Assembly (NCBI GenBank): GCA_965224025.1
Contig: OZ245033.1
Coordinates: 3,488,001 to 3,552,000, forward strand
Direction of reading: 5' to 3'
DNA: 64,000 bases
From: Candidatus Multivorans sp.
Lineage (GTDB): Bacteria; Acidobacteriota; Thermoanaerobaculia; Multivoradales; Multivoraceae
Below are positions 8,356 through 18,295 of the stretch, one piece after another. Each line of letters opens with the position of its first letter. Position 1 is the stretch's first letter. The notes under the pieces are model-generated. The model was not told the origin of the DNA, searched no databases, and worked only from the letters and a program-made list of their open reading frames with translations. A program made the translations under genes and the position numbers.

Positions 8356-10938
8356 TCACGGGTCCCCCACCGTGATCGTCACGTCCCCCGTGCCCGACCC
8401 GAACCACCCTCCGGGGTCTCGCACCATCCGCCACGCGAACGTGTAGGCGCCCGCCTCCTCCGGCGCTCTGATCGGGAACTCGAAAGTAACCGCCTCGTTC
8501 GGCGCTACGCTCCCGAACAGGGGCGCCCGCCGCAGCCCCCAGATGTCGTTGTCCTGCGGACTCTGCGAGCCAAGACCGTAGCCGCCATAGGGCGTCCAGG
8601 TCGCCCTTCCGGTGTTCGTCATGGTCACCGTCACGGTCGCCTTGTCGCCAGGGGCCATCTTCGACGGGAAACCTGAGACCGACACGAAGGCCGCGTGGTC
8701 CGTCGACCCCTCTTCCACCTTGATCGAGGACGAGGGCGTCGCGGCGTAGTCGCCTGTGTCCGTCGACGCGACCGTCGTCGTGTCCGTCGCCCTGTACGTG
8801 GACTCCGTCGTGTACTGCACTTCCGTCGGCGCACCCGACGAGGTCCCCGTCGACTCGGCAAAGGTATCGAGTCGGTCGAGCGGGAGTACGCTCTTCACCG
8901 TAAGCCCCGCCTGCACGGCCTGAACGTCCGGATCGATAGCGGCCCCGATCGGCCGGCCGGTGTAGAACGTCAGCACCTGTTGCCGGCGGAGATCCTCCCT
9001 GATCTGGTCGAACATCCGTTGGACCCGGTCCAGGAACTCGGGCGGAGGGAGCTCCGGGTCGATCTGGAATAGGCGCCCGCCGCTCCGCCGGGCCTGCTGT
9101 CGCATGCGCAGGACGTGGTCGGCGGACCGCGCGGTTCGTATCAACGGTTCTCCGGTGCCGTCTCCGTCGGGGTCGCTTCCGTTGGGAAGGGCGATCCGAT
9201 CCCTGCCGAGGTCGATGAGGTAGAGCGGGATGCCCACCCGCTCCGCGAAGGTCGCCGCCTGCCCCGGCTCGGATCGGCTGTCGATGTCCACGCCGTCGGT
9301 TACGACGACCAGGGCTCGCCTTCCGGGTTCGGCCCCATACAGGATCAGGGAGAACAGGATGCCGTCGTTGAGGGCCGTGCCACCGTTGGCCACCAGCCGA
9401 TCCATGCTGGTTCGCAGTGCCCGCAGGCTGCCCGTGGGCCGCTGAAGCAGGCGGACACTCTCGTCGAAGTCGACCAGGAAGGCTCGGTCCTCGGCCGCCA
9501 GCGAGCTCTCCAGGAATGCCCCCGCCACCGATCTGAGTTGACTCCATATCGGTTTCATGCTTGCCGAGGAGTCGATCGCCATCCCCAGGATCAACGGCAC
9601 GTCAGCGGCTTGTCGGACATCCTCGACCGCCTTCCGCTCGCCGTCCTCGACGATGAGGAAGTCGGCGGCGCTCAGTCCGTCGACCGGAGCGCCGCTGGAA
9701 TCGACGACGAGGACCTGCAGGTGAATGAGCTGGACATCGATCTCTCCCTTGAACGCGACACCTTCGATGAGTTGGGCGTCCTCCAGTACGCGGCCGTCGG
9801 CGAGGGTGGCGGTAACGCGGACATAGTCATTCGGCGACAGATCGGGTGTCGACAGGTTTCCCCTGACGGTTCTGAAGCCGCCCGTAGCGCCGTGCTGCGG
9901 CAGGTTGACCACGCTCCAGGCGAGTTCCTCGTTGCGGTAGAAGTCGACCCGTTCCAGGACGGCGCCCCGCGGGACCGCGACGCGGGTCTCGACCTGAACC
10001 GCGGCGCCGTCGGGTTCGCTCGGGGTGATTGCACCGACGCGGATCCCAAAGGGGGGATCGATGCGATTCAGGATGAGGCGGTCCCCGCCCATGAAAGCGC
10101 CTCGGACACTGTAGGCGCGCACCTCCAGAGTCTGCTCGCGAGGTGGCTCGGCGAGGTTGATCCGGGTGCGGAAGGGGAGCTTGCGTACGCGCCCGAGCCG
10201 TCGACCGTCGAGGAAGAAGTCCACACTGCCGATGGTCCGGTCGACAATCAGTGTCTCGACTTCGATGCTCCCCGTGAGTAGTTCATGTTGACCGCGGCGG
10301 GGTGGCACGATGCGTATCGTCGCGGGTCGGGCGAAGCGGCTGGCGTGGTCGTCGTCGGAGCTTGCCGCGGGAGGGCCAGCGCCGTCCCGCTCGTAGACTG
10401 TGAGGAACCTGAGATTCGGGAATGACTCGCTCTGGATCTCGATCGTGCGGTGGAGTTGATCGGTCTGCCGGTAGAAGGTCTCGATCAGGAGCCAGCCCGG
10501 TCGCGCCGTTTCGATCTCGAGCGCGCCCGGAAGAATCCTCGCGCGGTGACGGTTGCCGTACTGATCGGCGACAGTGGCGCCGTCCGTCGGCAGCGCGAGT
10601 GTCTCGTACTGCGCGTTCCGGACGTGGATCCGATCATCAACGGCGTGGAGCCGCAGCTTGCCCACGCGTTCGGCAAGGCTCGCCGACAGGCCGGTCAGCA
10701 CGGCGGACGTGCGCTCCGGACTTCGCCAGAGGCTGGCCGTCTTCTGAATCGGATCCTCGCTGACTGCCTCGTTCCGGTTCCATTCGCCCTCGAGTGCAGC
10801 GATGGACGAGGTTGCCGTTCCGGCCTCGCCCTGAGCCAACGCGGACTGCGCGGACTCGCCGCGTTGGCCGGCCGACGGAGACGCGAGGCCCACAAAGACG
10901 ACGAGGAGCGTGGCCGCGAGGTGCCTTCTCGACTTCAC
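8356..10938 (-). CDS. Secreted VWA-domain protein with Ig-like domains and a C-terminal NBR1-like Ig domain
   Basis: Signal peptide; MIDAS DSSASM, GGTALND, VVVTDGVD; Thr/Ser-rich linker; VTMTNTGRATW...VAPNEAVTFEFPIRAP..GAYTFAWRM. Confidence 0.8.
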   Translation of the reverse strand: MKSRRHLAATLLVVFVGLASPSAGQRGESAQSALAQGEAGTATSSIAALEGEWNRNEAVSEDPIQKTASLWRSPERTSAVLTGLSASLAERVGKLRLHAVDDRIHVRNAQYETLALPTDGATVADQYGNRHRARILPGALEIETARPGWLLIETFYRQTDQLHRTIEIQSESFPNLRFLTVYERDGAGPPAASSDDDHASRFARPATIRIVPPRRGQHELLTGSIEVETLIVDRTIGSVDFFLDGRRLGRVRKLPFRTRINLAEPPREQTLEVRAYSVRGAFMGGDRLILNRIDPPFGIRVGAITPSEPDGAAVQVETRVAVPRGAVLERVDFYRNEELAWSVVNLPQHGATGGFRTVRGNLSTPDLSPNDYVRVTATLADGRVLEDAQLIEGVAFKGEIDVQLIHLQVLVVDSSGAPVDGLSAADFLIVEDGERKAVEDVRQAADVPLILGMAIDSSASMKPIWSQLRSVAGAFLESSLAAEDRAFLVDFDESVRLLQRPTGSLRALRTSMDRLVANGGTALNDGILFSLILYGAEPGRRALVVVTDGVDIDSRSEPGQAATFAERVGIPLYLIDLGRDRIALPNGSDPDGDGTGEPLIRTARSADHVLRMRQQARRSGGRLFQIDPELPPPEFLDRVQRMFDQIREDLRRQQVLTFYTGRPIGAAIDPDVQAVQAGLTVKSVLPLDRLDTFAESTGTSSGAPTEVQYTTESTYRATDTTTVASTDTGDYAATPSSSIKVEEGSTDHAAFVSVSGFPSKMAPGDKATVTVTMTNTGRATWTPYGGYGLGSQSPQDNDIWGLRRAPLFGSVAPNEAVTFEFPIRAPEEAGAYTFAWRMVRDPGGWFGSGTGDVTITVGDP

Positions 10939-11089
10939 CAGTCGTTCGTCCCTTGAGCGACCTGCGTCACCGTTCTGTCAGCCTGACCTGTCCAATGGCC
11001 GAACCGCCTTGCCTGAAGCTGTCGTCGGCGAGACGGGCACGCTGGACGGTAACACGGCGATTCCTTGAGTAGCATTGCGCGCTGATCAG

Positions 11090-13423
11090 ATGCCTCGAAA
11101 ACCCTCATGCCAAGCGGGCGCCGCGATCGTGCTTGCCAGCCTGACGCTCGGCGCGGAGAGCCCGGCGGCGGCTCAGCGCGGCGACCGCGAAGGCCACGTG
11201 ATGGAAGACGTCTGGCGGCGGTTCCCGGTGCCCGAATCGCTTCCCCTGGCCCCTGAGGACGCGATGGCGACCTTGCGCGTCGCCCCGGGCTTCCGGGTCG
11301 AGCTCGTCGCCGCGGAACCCCTGGTCGAGGACCCGGTGGCGATGGCCTGGGACGAGCGGGGACTCCTCTATGTCGTCGAGATGCGCGGCTTCATGCCGAA
11401 CGTCGACGGCGAGGGCGAGCAGGAGCCGGTCGGCAGGGTCGTGGTGCTGGAAGACACCGATCGGGACGGCGTGATGGACCGCCACGGGGTGTACCTGGAC
11501 GGCTTGGTCAGTCCACGCGCCATCGCGGCGGTTTCGGACGGCATCCTGATCGGCGAGCCGCCGAACCTCTGGCTGTGCCGCAGCGAATCGGAAGCCGGCG
11601 GGCTGCCCCGCTGTGCCGGCCGGGAGCGGCTGGCAGACTACGGGGACCCCGACCCCGACCTGCTCGAGCACACGGAGAACGGTCTGCTCTGGGCCCTCGA
11701 CAACTGGATCTACAACGCGAAGTCCGACCGCCGCTTCCGGCTGCGTAGGGATACCGACGCCATCTCCGTTGAGGTCGATCCAACGCTGTTTCGCGGCCAG
11801 TGGGGCATCGCTCAGGACGACTACGGCCGCCTCTACTACAACACGAACTCGCGCTTTCTTTTCGTCGATCTCATCCCGGCCGACTACGCGTTGCTCGACC
11901 CCGCGCACCAGCCCCGCGGCGGCGGACACGGCGCCAGCGAGCGGCTCGTCCACGACGAGTCCGTGTACTCGATCCGCGTCAATCCGGGCATCAACCGCGG
12001 CTACGTGAACAACATGCTCCGCGAGGACGGCCGCCTCGCGGTGACCACTTCGGTCAGCGGGCTGACCGTGTATCGCGGGGATCAGTTCCCGGCGACCTGG
12101 CGCGGCGACGTCTTCGTGCCGGAGCCGGCCGGCAACGTCGTGGCGCACTTCGATCTCGCGACCGGTCCCGCCCCGAACGGCGTCCCGACTCTGGTCGCCG
12201 AGCACCGGCTCTACGGCGATCCGGACTGGGTGGAGCGAGAGTTCCTCGCGTCGACCGACGAGCGCTTCCGGCCCGTCGACGCGAAGGTCGGGCCCGACGG
12301 CGCGCTATACGTGATCGACATGTACCGCGGCATCCTGCAGCACGTGCGGTACGTGACCACCTACCTGCGCGAGTACATCCTCGAACACGGGCTCGATCGC
12401 CCGATCGGAATGGGCCGTATCTACCGCGTGGTCTGGGAAGGCCAAAGCGAAGAGCCGGCTCCGATCCGCAGGGACCCTCCGCAGCTCCCGACCGCGGCCC
12501 ATCGGATCGCCGCACTCGGCCACTCCAACGGCTGGCACCGCGACACCGCGCAGCGCCTGCTGGTCGAAGGCGAGCTCGAGCACGCGAGCCGCGACACACT
12601 CCGGGAACTCGCCCGCACAGGCGACGACCCGCTCGCCCGCATCCACGCCCTGTGGACGCTGCATGGCCGCGGCGACCTGAATGCCGCCACGGCACTGGCG
12701 GCAGTCCGCGAGCACGAGCCCTGGCTTGCCGTTCACGGCCTGCGCGTGGGCGAGGAACTCCTCGCCTCGATCAGCACCGGCCAGACCGCGATCGTCGAAT
12801 TACTCGACTCCTCGTCGCCCCAGGTCCGCACCCAGGCGCTCCTGACCCTGGGTGCCGTTGCACGGCGGGCGCCCTGGGCCGGGAGCGTCCTGGCGGACCG
12901 TCTCGCGTCCCGGCCCGACGATCCGCTCCACCGGCAAGTCGCGCTGGCCGCGAACCTTCAGGGCAACGGCGATGGTGCGCGTCCGGAGGTCCCCGCCCCG
13001 GCCCCCACGGCACGGGCCTTGACCGCCGATGAAGCAGCTCAGTTCAACAGCGGCCGCCGGCACTACCGCGCCTGCAGCTCCTGTCACAACAACGACGGTC
13101 GAGGCCAGGACGGCCTGGGGCCGAGCCTGGTCGACTCATCATGGGTTCTCTGCTCGCCTGAGCGTCTTGCCGCCATCGTCCTCCAGGGACTCGAAGGACC
13201 GATCGACGTTCACGGAGAGACCTGGGACGACCTGATGCCCGGCTTCGCCGTCGATCCCCGCCTGCCGGACCCGGCGATCGCGGCGCTACTGACCTACGTC
13301 CGGTTGAGCTGGGGCAACACGGGCGCCCCCGTGCTCGTCGAGACCGTGACGAAGGTTCGCGAGGCGACGGTCGAGCGCAGGGAGCCCTGGACCGCAGCGG
13401 AACTCGAGGCGGCCTTCGATTAG
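11090..13423 (+). CDS. PVC-type membrane-bound dehydrogenase-like beta-propeller protein with HEAT repeats and cytochrome c
   Basis: PGFRVELVAAEPLVEDPVAMAWDERG, FLASTDERFRPV, GPDGALYVIDMYRGILQH, GRIYRV, WHRDTAQRLLV; heme motif CSSCH with distal MP. Confidence 0.85.
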   Translation: MPRKPSCQAGAAIVLASLTLGAESPAAAQRGDREGHVMEDVWRRFPVPESLPLAPEDAMATLRVAPGFRVELVAAEPLVEDPVAMAWDERGLLYVVEMRGFMPNVDGEGEQEPVGRVVVLEDTDRDGVMDRHGVYLDGLVSPRAIAAVSDGILIGEPPNLWLCRSESEAGGLPRCAGRERLADYGDPDPDLLEHTENGLLWALDNWIYNAKSDRRFRLRRDTDAISVEVDPTLFRGQWGIAQDDYGRLYYNTNSRFLFVDLIPADYALLDPAHQPRGGGHGASERLVHDESVYSIRVNPGINRGYVNNMLREDGRLAVTTSVSGLTVYRGDQFPATWRGDVFVPEPAGNVVAHFDLATGPAPNGVPTLVAEHRLYGDPDWVEREFLASTDERFRPVDAKVGPDGALYVIDMYRGILQHVRYVTTYLREYILEHGLDRPIGMGRIYRVVWEGQSEEPAPIRRDPPQLPTAAHRIAALGHSNGWHRDTAQRLLVEGELEHASRDTLRELARTGDDPLARIHALWTLHGRGDLNAATALAAVREHEPWLAVHGLRVGEELLASISTGQTAIVELLDSSSPQVRTQALLTLGAVARRAPWAGSVLADRLASRPDDPLHRQVALAANLQGNGDGARPEVPAPAPTARALTADEAAQFNSGRRHYRACSSCHNNDGRGQDGLGPSLVDSSWVLCSPERLAAIVLQGLEGPIDVHGETWDDLMPGFAVDPRLPDPAIAALLTYVRLSWGNTGAPVLVETVTKVREATVERREPWTAAELEAAFD

Positions 13424-13427
13424 CAGG

Positions 13428-16400
13428 TCAGCCGGCGGTCTGAACGGTTGCCTCGGCATCGGCCTCGTGGCGGTGACGATCGAGCAGCAGGTACAGCGCC
13501 GGAATCACGATCAGGGTCAACAGCGTCGACGTCAACAGCCCGCCGACCACGGTCAGCGCCATCGGCGTTCTGAGTTCGGCGCCCTCTCCCAACCCCAGGG
13601 CCATCGGCAGCAGCCCCAGAACGGTGGTCGAAGTCGTCATCAGGATCGGCCGCAGCCGAACCAGGCAGGCTTCGCGGATGGCGTCGAGCTTGGACTTGCC
13701 GGCTCGACGCAGGCGGTTCGTGTAGTCGATCAGGATGATCGCGTTGTTGACGACGATCCCGGCCAGCAGGATGCCGCCGATCAGCACCACGATGCTGACC
13801 GGAGTCCGCGTCAGATAGAGGATGCCGATCGCGCCGATGACCGAAAACGGCACCGCGAACAGGATGACGAAGGGGTGCAGCAGGGACTCGAACTGGGAGG
13901 CCATGACCAGGTAGACCATGAACACCGCGAGCAGGATCGCCAGCCGCATGCTGTCGAAGGACCGTTCCATCTCCTGGCGCTGGCCGCCTACGAGAACGTC
14001 GAAGCCGACCGGGAACCGGGTCGAGTCGAGAATCGCCTGGATGTCGTCGGAAACGCTGCCCAGGTCTCGACCGACGATGTTCGCCTCGATCAGCGCCACC
14101 CGGCCGCCGTCGCTGCGGCGGATCTCGGCCGGCCCCTCCGTCTCGATCACATCCGCCACCGCCGACAGCGGCAGCGGCGTGACGCCGCTCTGACGGATGT
14201 TCAGGTTGCGCAGATCGCGGACCGAGTCGCGGTAGCTCTCGTCGGTGCGCATCCGGACCTCGATGTTCCGGTCCTCGCGGACGATGTCGGTCGCGATGTC
14301 GCCCTGCACCTTGGAGCGGATCACGCCGCCGAGCTGGGCGACGGTGTAGTTCAACGTCGACAGCCGTTCCCGGTCGAAGATGATCTGCAGCTCCGGGTTG
14401 CCGCCCTCGGTCGAGGACTTCACATCGACCAGTCCCTCGACTCCCCGCATCCGTGACGCCACCTGGTCTGCCAGCACTTCGAGCAACGCCAGATTGTGCC
14501 CTCGAAGCTGCACCTCGACAGGGCTACGGAAGCTGAAGTAGGTCGGCCGGCCAAAGCGGTACTTCAGCGCGTTGTCCATGGACGGCGGCGAAGAACCTCC
14601 GCCAACCGCAGCAGCCGGCGCCGCACCTGCGACCGCAGCCCCCTGGCCCGCGAACGACAGATTCTCGGCGTCGATCCGTTCCCTGATCTGGCTCATCACC
14701 AACTCTTCCCGCTCGGCGTCGATCGGAGGCTCCATGCGCACATTGACCTGGCCAATGTTCTCCCGTCTCTCGCCCGCGGCGCCCCCCTGTTCGTTCGACG
14801 TCCCGACGACGCTGTAGACCGACTCCACGCCCGGAAGTTTGCGGGCGAACTCGTCGATCATGCCCAGGCGCCGGTCCGTGACCTCCAGGCGGCTCCCGGG
14901 CGCCAGTTCGGCGTCGACATAGAAATCGCCCTGGATCAACTCGGGCACCAGCTCGCTGCCGAGCGAGCCCACCAGCCGAATGCTTCCCGCGAGCAGTGCG
15001 ACCGCCACCAGGACGACCAGCAGCGGGTGGCGAAGAGCCCGGCCCAGGATCCCGGCATAGACGGCGGTGATTCCCTTGAGCAGCGCATCGAACGCCGCGA
15101 GCAGCGGCCGCAGCAGCCATGACATCACCGTGGAGACGCCGCCGAACACCGCCTTGACCGTTACCGCGACTCCGACCCCTATGGCGCCGAAGAAGGCCGC
15201 CATGGCGCGGGTAACAGGGTTGGATCGCCCGGCGAGAGTGACCGTCTCGATCTTCTCCCCGCCGGCGAAAAATCTTCGCGACGCCAGCATCGGAATCACG
15301 GTCAGCGCGACCCCCAGGGACACCAGCAGCGAGAACGTCACGGTCAGCGCCTGATCGCCGAACATCTGGCCGGCGACACCCTCGACGAAGACGATCGGCA
15401 CGAACACGCAGACCGTCGTGATCGTGCTCGCGATCACCGCCCGGCCGACCTCCGAGGCCCCGGCTCGGGCCGCCTCGACGACGCCCAGACCCTGGTCGCG
15501 CCGGCGCTGGATCGCCTCCAGGACAACGATCGAGTTGTCCAGCAGCAGACCGATGCCCAGCGTGATGCCGCCGAGCGACATGATGTTGAGCGACACGCCG
15601 GCGACGTACATCAGGAAGAAGGTCGCCACCACCGAGACCGGGATCGAGATCCCGATGATCAGCGTTTTCGGCGCGCTGCGCAGGAACAGGAACAGGACGA
15701 CGATCGCGAGCGAGCCCCCGATCAGGGCGGTCTCGATCACTGCCGACACGGAGTCCCGGATGTACCGCGACTGGTCGGTGAGAACGCTCAGCTGGAGCTG
15801 GGGGTCGATCTGCCTGAGCTCTTCCTCGAGCTCCTCCACCCGCTCGAGCACGGCGGAAGCGACGGTCACCGTGTTCGTGCCGCCCTCCTTGTAGACCGCG
15901 ATCTCCACGGCCTCCTGGCCGTCGATCCGAGTGATCACTTCCCGTTCCCTGGCGCCCTGGTAGACACGGGCGACGTCCTCGAGACGCACGATCGCGCCCT
16001 GAGAGCGGTCGATCACGATCTCCCGTATCTCCTCCGGACGCAGCAGCTCGTTGATCGTTCGCACCAGGTAGTCGGTCTGGCCGTCGCGCAGCCGGCCGCC
16101 TGTCAGATTCACGTTCTCCTGCGCCAGACGGTTCATGACCTGGTTCATCGTCATGCCGAGGCTGCTCAAGCGCCGTTCGTCGATCTCGACCTGGATTTCC
16201 TCCTCCAGGCCGCCGCTGACCACGACCGCGGCCACCCCTTCCAGGCGCTCGAGCTTCCGTTTCAGGTCCTCCTCGGCCAGCAGGCGCAGCGCGATCAGGT
16301 CGCTGCCACCGCCCGCCAGGCCCATTCGCAGGATCGGATCGAGAGAGGGGTCGTAGCGGAGCAGCACCGGCCGTTCGGCCTCGACCGGCAACCGGACCTG

Positions 16401-16739
16401 GTCCAGTCGCTCGCGCACGTCGAGCGACGCGAAGTCCATGTTCGTGCCCCAGGAGAACTCCAGGGTCACCTCGCTGATGTCGGCCCGGGAGCTGGAGATG
16501 ACCCGGTTGACACCGTTGACCACGCCGACCGCGTCCTCCACAGGCCGCGTGATCAGGGTCTCCATTTCAACCGGCGCCGCGCCTTCGTACCCCGTCTGAA
16601 CGGTCAGTGATGGGTAGGTGATGTCCGGCAACAGGTCGACCGCGAGATCGCGGAAGGCGACCCCGCCGAAGACCACCGCCGCGAGCGCGAAGATGAACAC
16701 GGTGACCGGGCGCCGGGTGGCGAAGGAGACAATGCGCAT
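13428..16739 (-). CDS. RND efflux permease (AcrB/AcrD/AcrF family)
   Basis: RRPVTV, SLNIMSLGG, LLDNSIVVLE, GIVVNNAI, RLRPILMT. Confidence 0.95.
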   Translation of the reverse strand: MRIVSFATRRPVTVFIFALAAVVFGGVAFRDLAVDLLPDITYPSLTVQTGYEGAAPVEMETLITRPVEDAVGVVNGVNRVISSSRADISEVTLEFSWGTNMDFASLDVRERLDQVRLPVEAERPVLLRYDPSLDPILRMGLAGGGSDLIALRLLAEEDLKRKLERLEGVAAVVVSGGLEEEIQVEIDERRLSSLGMTMNQVMNRLAQENVNLTGGRLRDGQTDYLVRTINELLRPEEIREIVIDRSQGAIVRLEDVARVYQGAREREVITRIDGQEAVEIAVYKEGGTNTVTVASAVLERVEELEEELRQIDPQLQLSVLTDQSRYIRDSVSAVIETALIGGSLAIVVLFLFLRSAPKTLIIGISIPVSVVATFFLMYVAGVSLNIMSLGGITLGIGLLLDNSIVVLEAIQRRRDQGLGVVEAARAGASEVGRAVIASTITTVCVFVPIVFVEGVAGQMFGDQALTVTFSLLVSLGVALTVIPMLASRRFFAGGEKIETVTLAGRSNPVTRAMAAFFGAIGVGVAVTVKAVFGGVSTVMSWLLRPLLAAFDALLKGITAVYAGILGRALRHPLLVVLVAVALLAGSIRLVGSLGSELVPELIQGDFYVDAELAPGSRLEVTDRRLGMIDEFARKLPGVESVYSVVGTSNEQGGAAGERRENIGQVNVRMEPPIDAEREELVMSQIRERIDAENLSFAGQGAAVAGAAPAAAVGGGSSPPSMDNALKYRFGRPTYFSFRSPVEVQLRGHNLALLEVLADQVASRMRGVEGLVDVKSSTEGGNPELQIIFDRERLSTLNYTVAQLGGVIRSKVQGDIATDIVREDRNIEVRMRTDESYRDSVRDLRNLNIRQSGVTPLPLSAVADVIETEGPAEIRRSDGGRVALIEANIVGRDLGSVSDDIQAILDSTRFPVGFDVLVGGQRQEMERSFDSMRLAILLAVFMVYLVMASQFESLLHPFVILFAVPFSVIGAIGILYLTRTPVSIVVLIGGILLAGIVVNNAIILIDYTNRLRRAGKSKLDAIREACLVRLRPILMTTSTTVLGLLPMALGLGEGAELRTPMALTVVGGLLTSTLLTLIVIPALYLLLDRHRHEADAEATVQTAG

Positions 16740-16774
16740 GTCGAGTTATCCGGTGATCCGCCTCGAGGCCCGGA

Positions 16775-18295
16775 TCAGCCCGGCGGCCCGCCCGGCGGAC
16801 GCCCGGGAGGGCGACCCGGCGGCGCCTCGCCGCTCTTCATGGCCTCGATCCGCTGGTCGATCTGCTCGTCGGTCATCCCGAATTCCTTCATCCGCGATCG
16901 CATCATTTCGATCCGTTCGGGCGTCAACTGACTGGGATCGAATCCGCCCGGCGGACCTCCACGGAGGCCCCCGGGGCCTCCCGGCCCTCGCGGTCCCGGC
17001 GCCGCCCGCCGCACGTCGGTTGCGCCGCCCGCCGCGGCGGCTGCCCGCCCGGCCGCGACCTGGGCCGAACTCTCAGGCCCGCCGGCCGGCAGCGTCGTGA
17101 GCATGGCCGGCGCCGCAGGAGGACCCTCGCGTTCCCCGATCAGCACCGGCGTCTGATCGGACAGGCTGTCCTGTCCGACGATCACGACATCCTCGCCCTC
17201 GGCAATGCCCGAAAGCGCCTCCAGGCTGTCGCTCTCCTCATAGCCGAGTGCGAGTTCGCGCCGCTGGGCCATCTTCCCGCCCTCGCCGTCGTCCACCACC
17301 GCGTAGACGGTGTCGGCCGTGCTCTCGAGCACCAGGGCCTGCTTGGGCACAACGATCGCGTTCTCGTGGATGTCGGTTTCCACGAAGACGCTGGCGAACA
17401 TCCCCGGCCGCAGCCGCCCCTGGCCCTGAACTTCCAGCGTCACCTTCACGGTGCCGGTCGCCGGATCGACGACGGGACTGATCCGCAGCACCCGGGCCGG
17501 GAACCGCGCACCGGGCCAGGCCTCGACCGTCAGGTGGGCCGCCTGTTCCAGTTTCAGCCGGGGCAGGTCCTTCTCGGGAAGCTGGATGGGACACAGCAGT
17601 GGATCGAAGTCGGAGATCCGGAACAGCCTCGCGTTCGTCGATACATGTTCCGCGTTCTTGATCACGCGCTCGATGATCAATCCCGCGAACGGCGCCCGGA
17701 TCACCGTGTAGTCCAGAAGAATCTCGGTGCCGACGATCTGGGCGGCGGCGCCGTCGAAGTACGACCTCGCGAGGTCGTACGCCTCCTGGCTGATGAGCTC
17801 TTCGCGGTAGGAATCCTGGGCCCGGTTCCATGCCAGCTCCGCCTCGGCCAGGTTGACGCGGGCGATCCCGAGCTGTGCCTCGATCTCCGCCGCGTCGATG
17901 CGCGCCAGCACCTGGCCGGCGCGGACGAAGTCGCCCTCCTCCACGTTCAGTTCGACGATGGGACCGGTGGTCCGGGCCACGATGTCGACCTCGTTCTCGG
18001 CCTCGAGCGAGCCGTTCGTCTCCAGGTAGTCCGCGATGTCGCGGCGGATGACACTGGTTACCTTGACCGGAATCGCGGAAGCGGGACCGCCGAAACCCGG
18101 CGATAAGCCGCCCGGCGGGCCGCCACCGCGTCCTCCAGGCCGGCCGCCGCCCGGTCCGCCCTGGCCGGCGCGGGGGTTCTCGCCGCTGGGTTCGGCGTTG
18201 GACTGCCCGCAGCCGACGCCGGCGACACCCAGTGCCGCGATCAACAGGACGGCGCCGGTCTGTCGGCCTGCGCGCACGCGTCGTTCTCGTGTCAT
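16775..18295 (-). CDS. RND membrane fusion protein (periplasmic adaptor), lipoprotein
   Basis: VAGVGC lipobox, VEEGDFVRAGQVLARID, IRAPFAG, ISPVVDPATGTVKV, LRPGMFA; Gly/Pro-rich tails. Confidence 0.93.
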   Translation of the reverse strand: MTRERRVRAGRQTGAVLLIAALGVAGVGCGQSNAEPSGENPRAGQGGPGGGRPGGRGGGPPGGLSPGFGGPASAIPVKVTSVIRRDIADYLETNGSLEAENEVDIVARTTGPIVELNVEEGDFVRAGQVLARIDAAEIEAQLGIARVNLAEAELAWNRAQDSYREELISQEAYDLARSYFDGAAAQIVGTEILLDYTVIRAPFAGLIIERVIKNAEHVSTNARLFRISDFDPLLCPIQLPEKDLPRLKLEQAAHLTVEAWPGARFPARVLRISPVVDPATGTVKVTLEVQGQGRLRPGMFASVFVETDIHENAIVVPKQALVLESTADTVYAVVDDGEGGKMAQRRELALGYEESDSLEALSGIAEGEDVVIVGQDSLSDQTPVLIGEREGPPAAPAMLTTLPAGGPESSAQVAAGRAAAAAGGATDVRRAAPGPRGPGGPGGLRGGPPGGFDPSQLTPERIEMMRSRMKEFGMTDEQIDQRIEAMKSGEAPPGRPPGRPPGGPPG

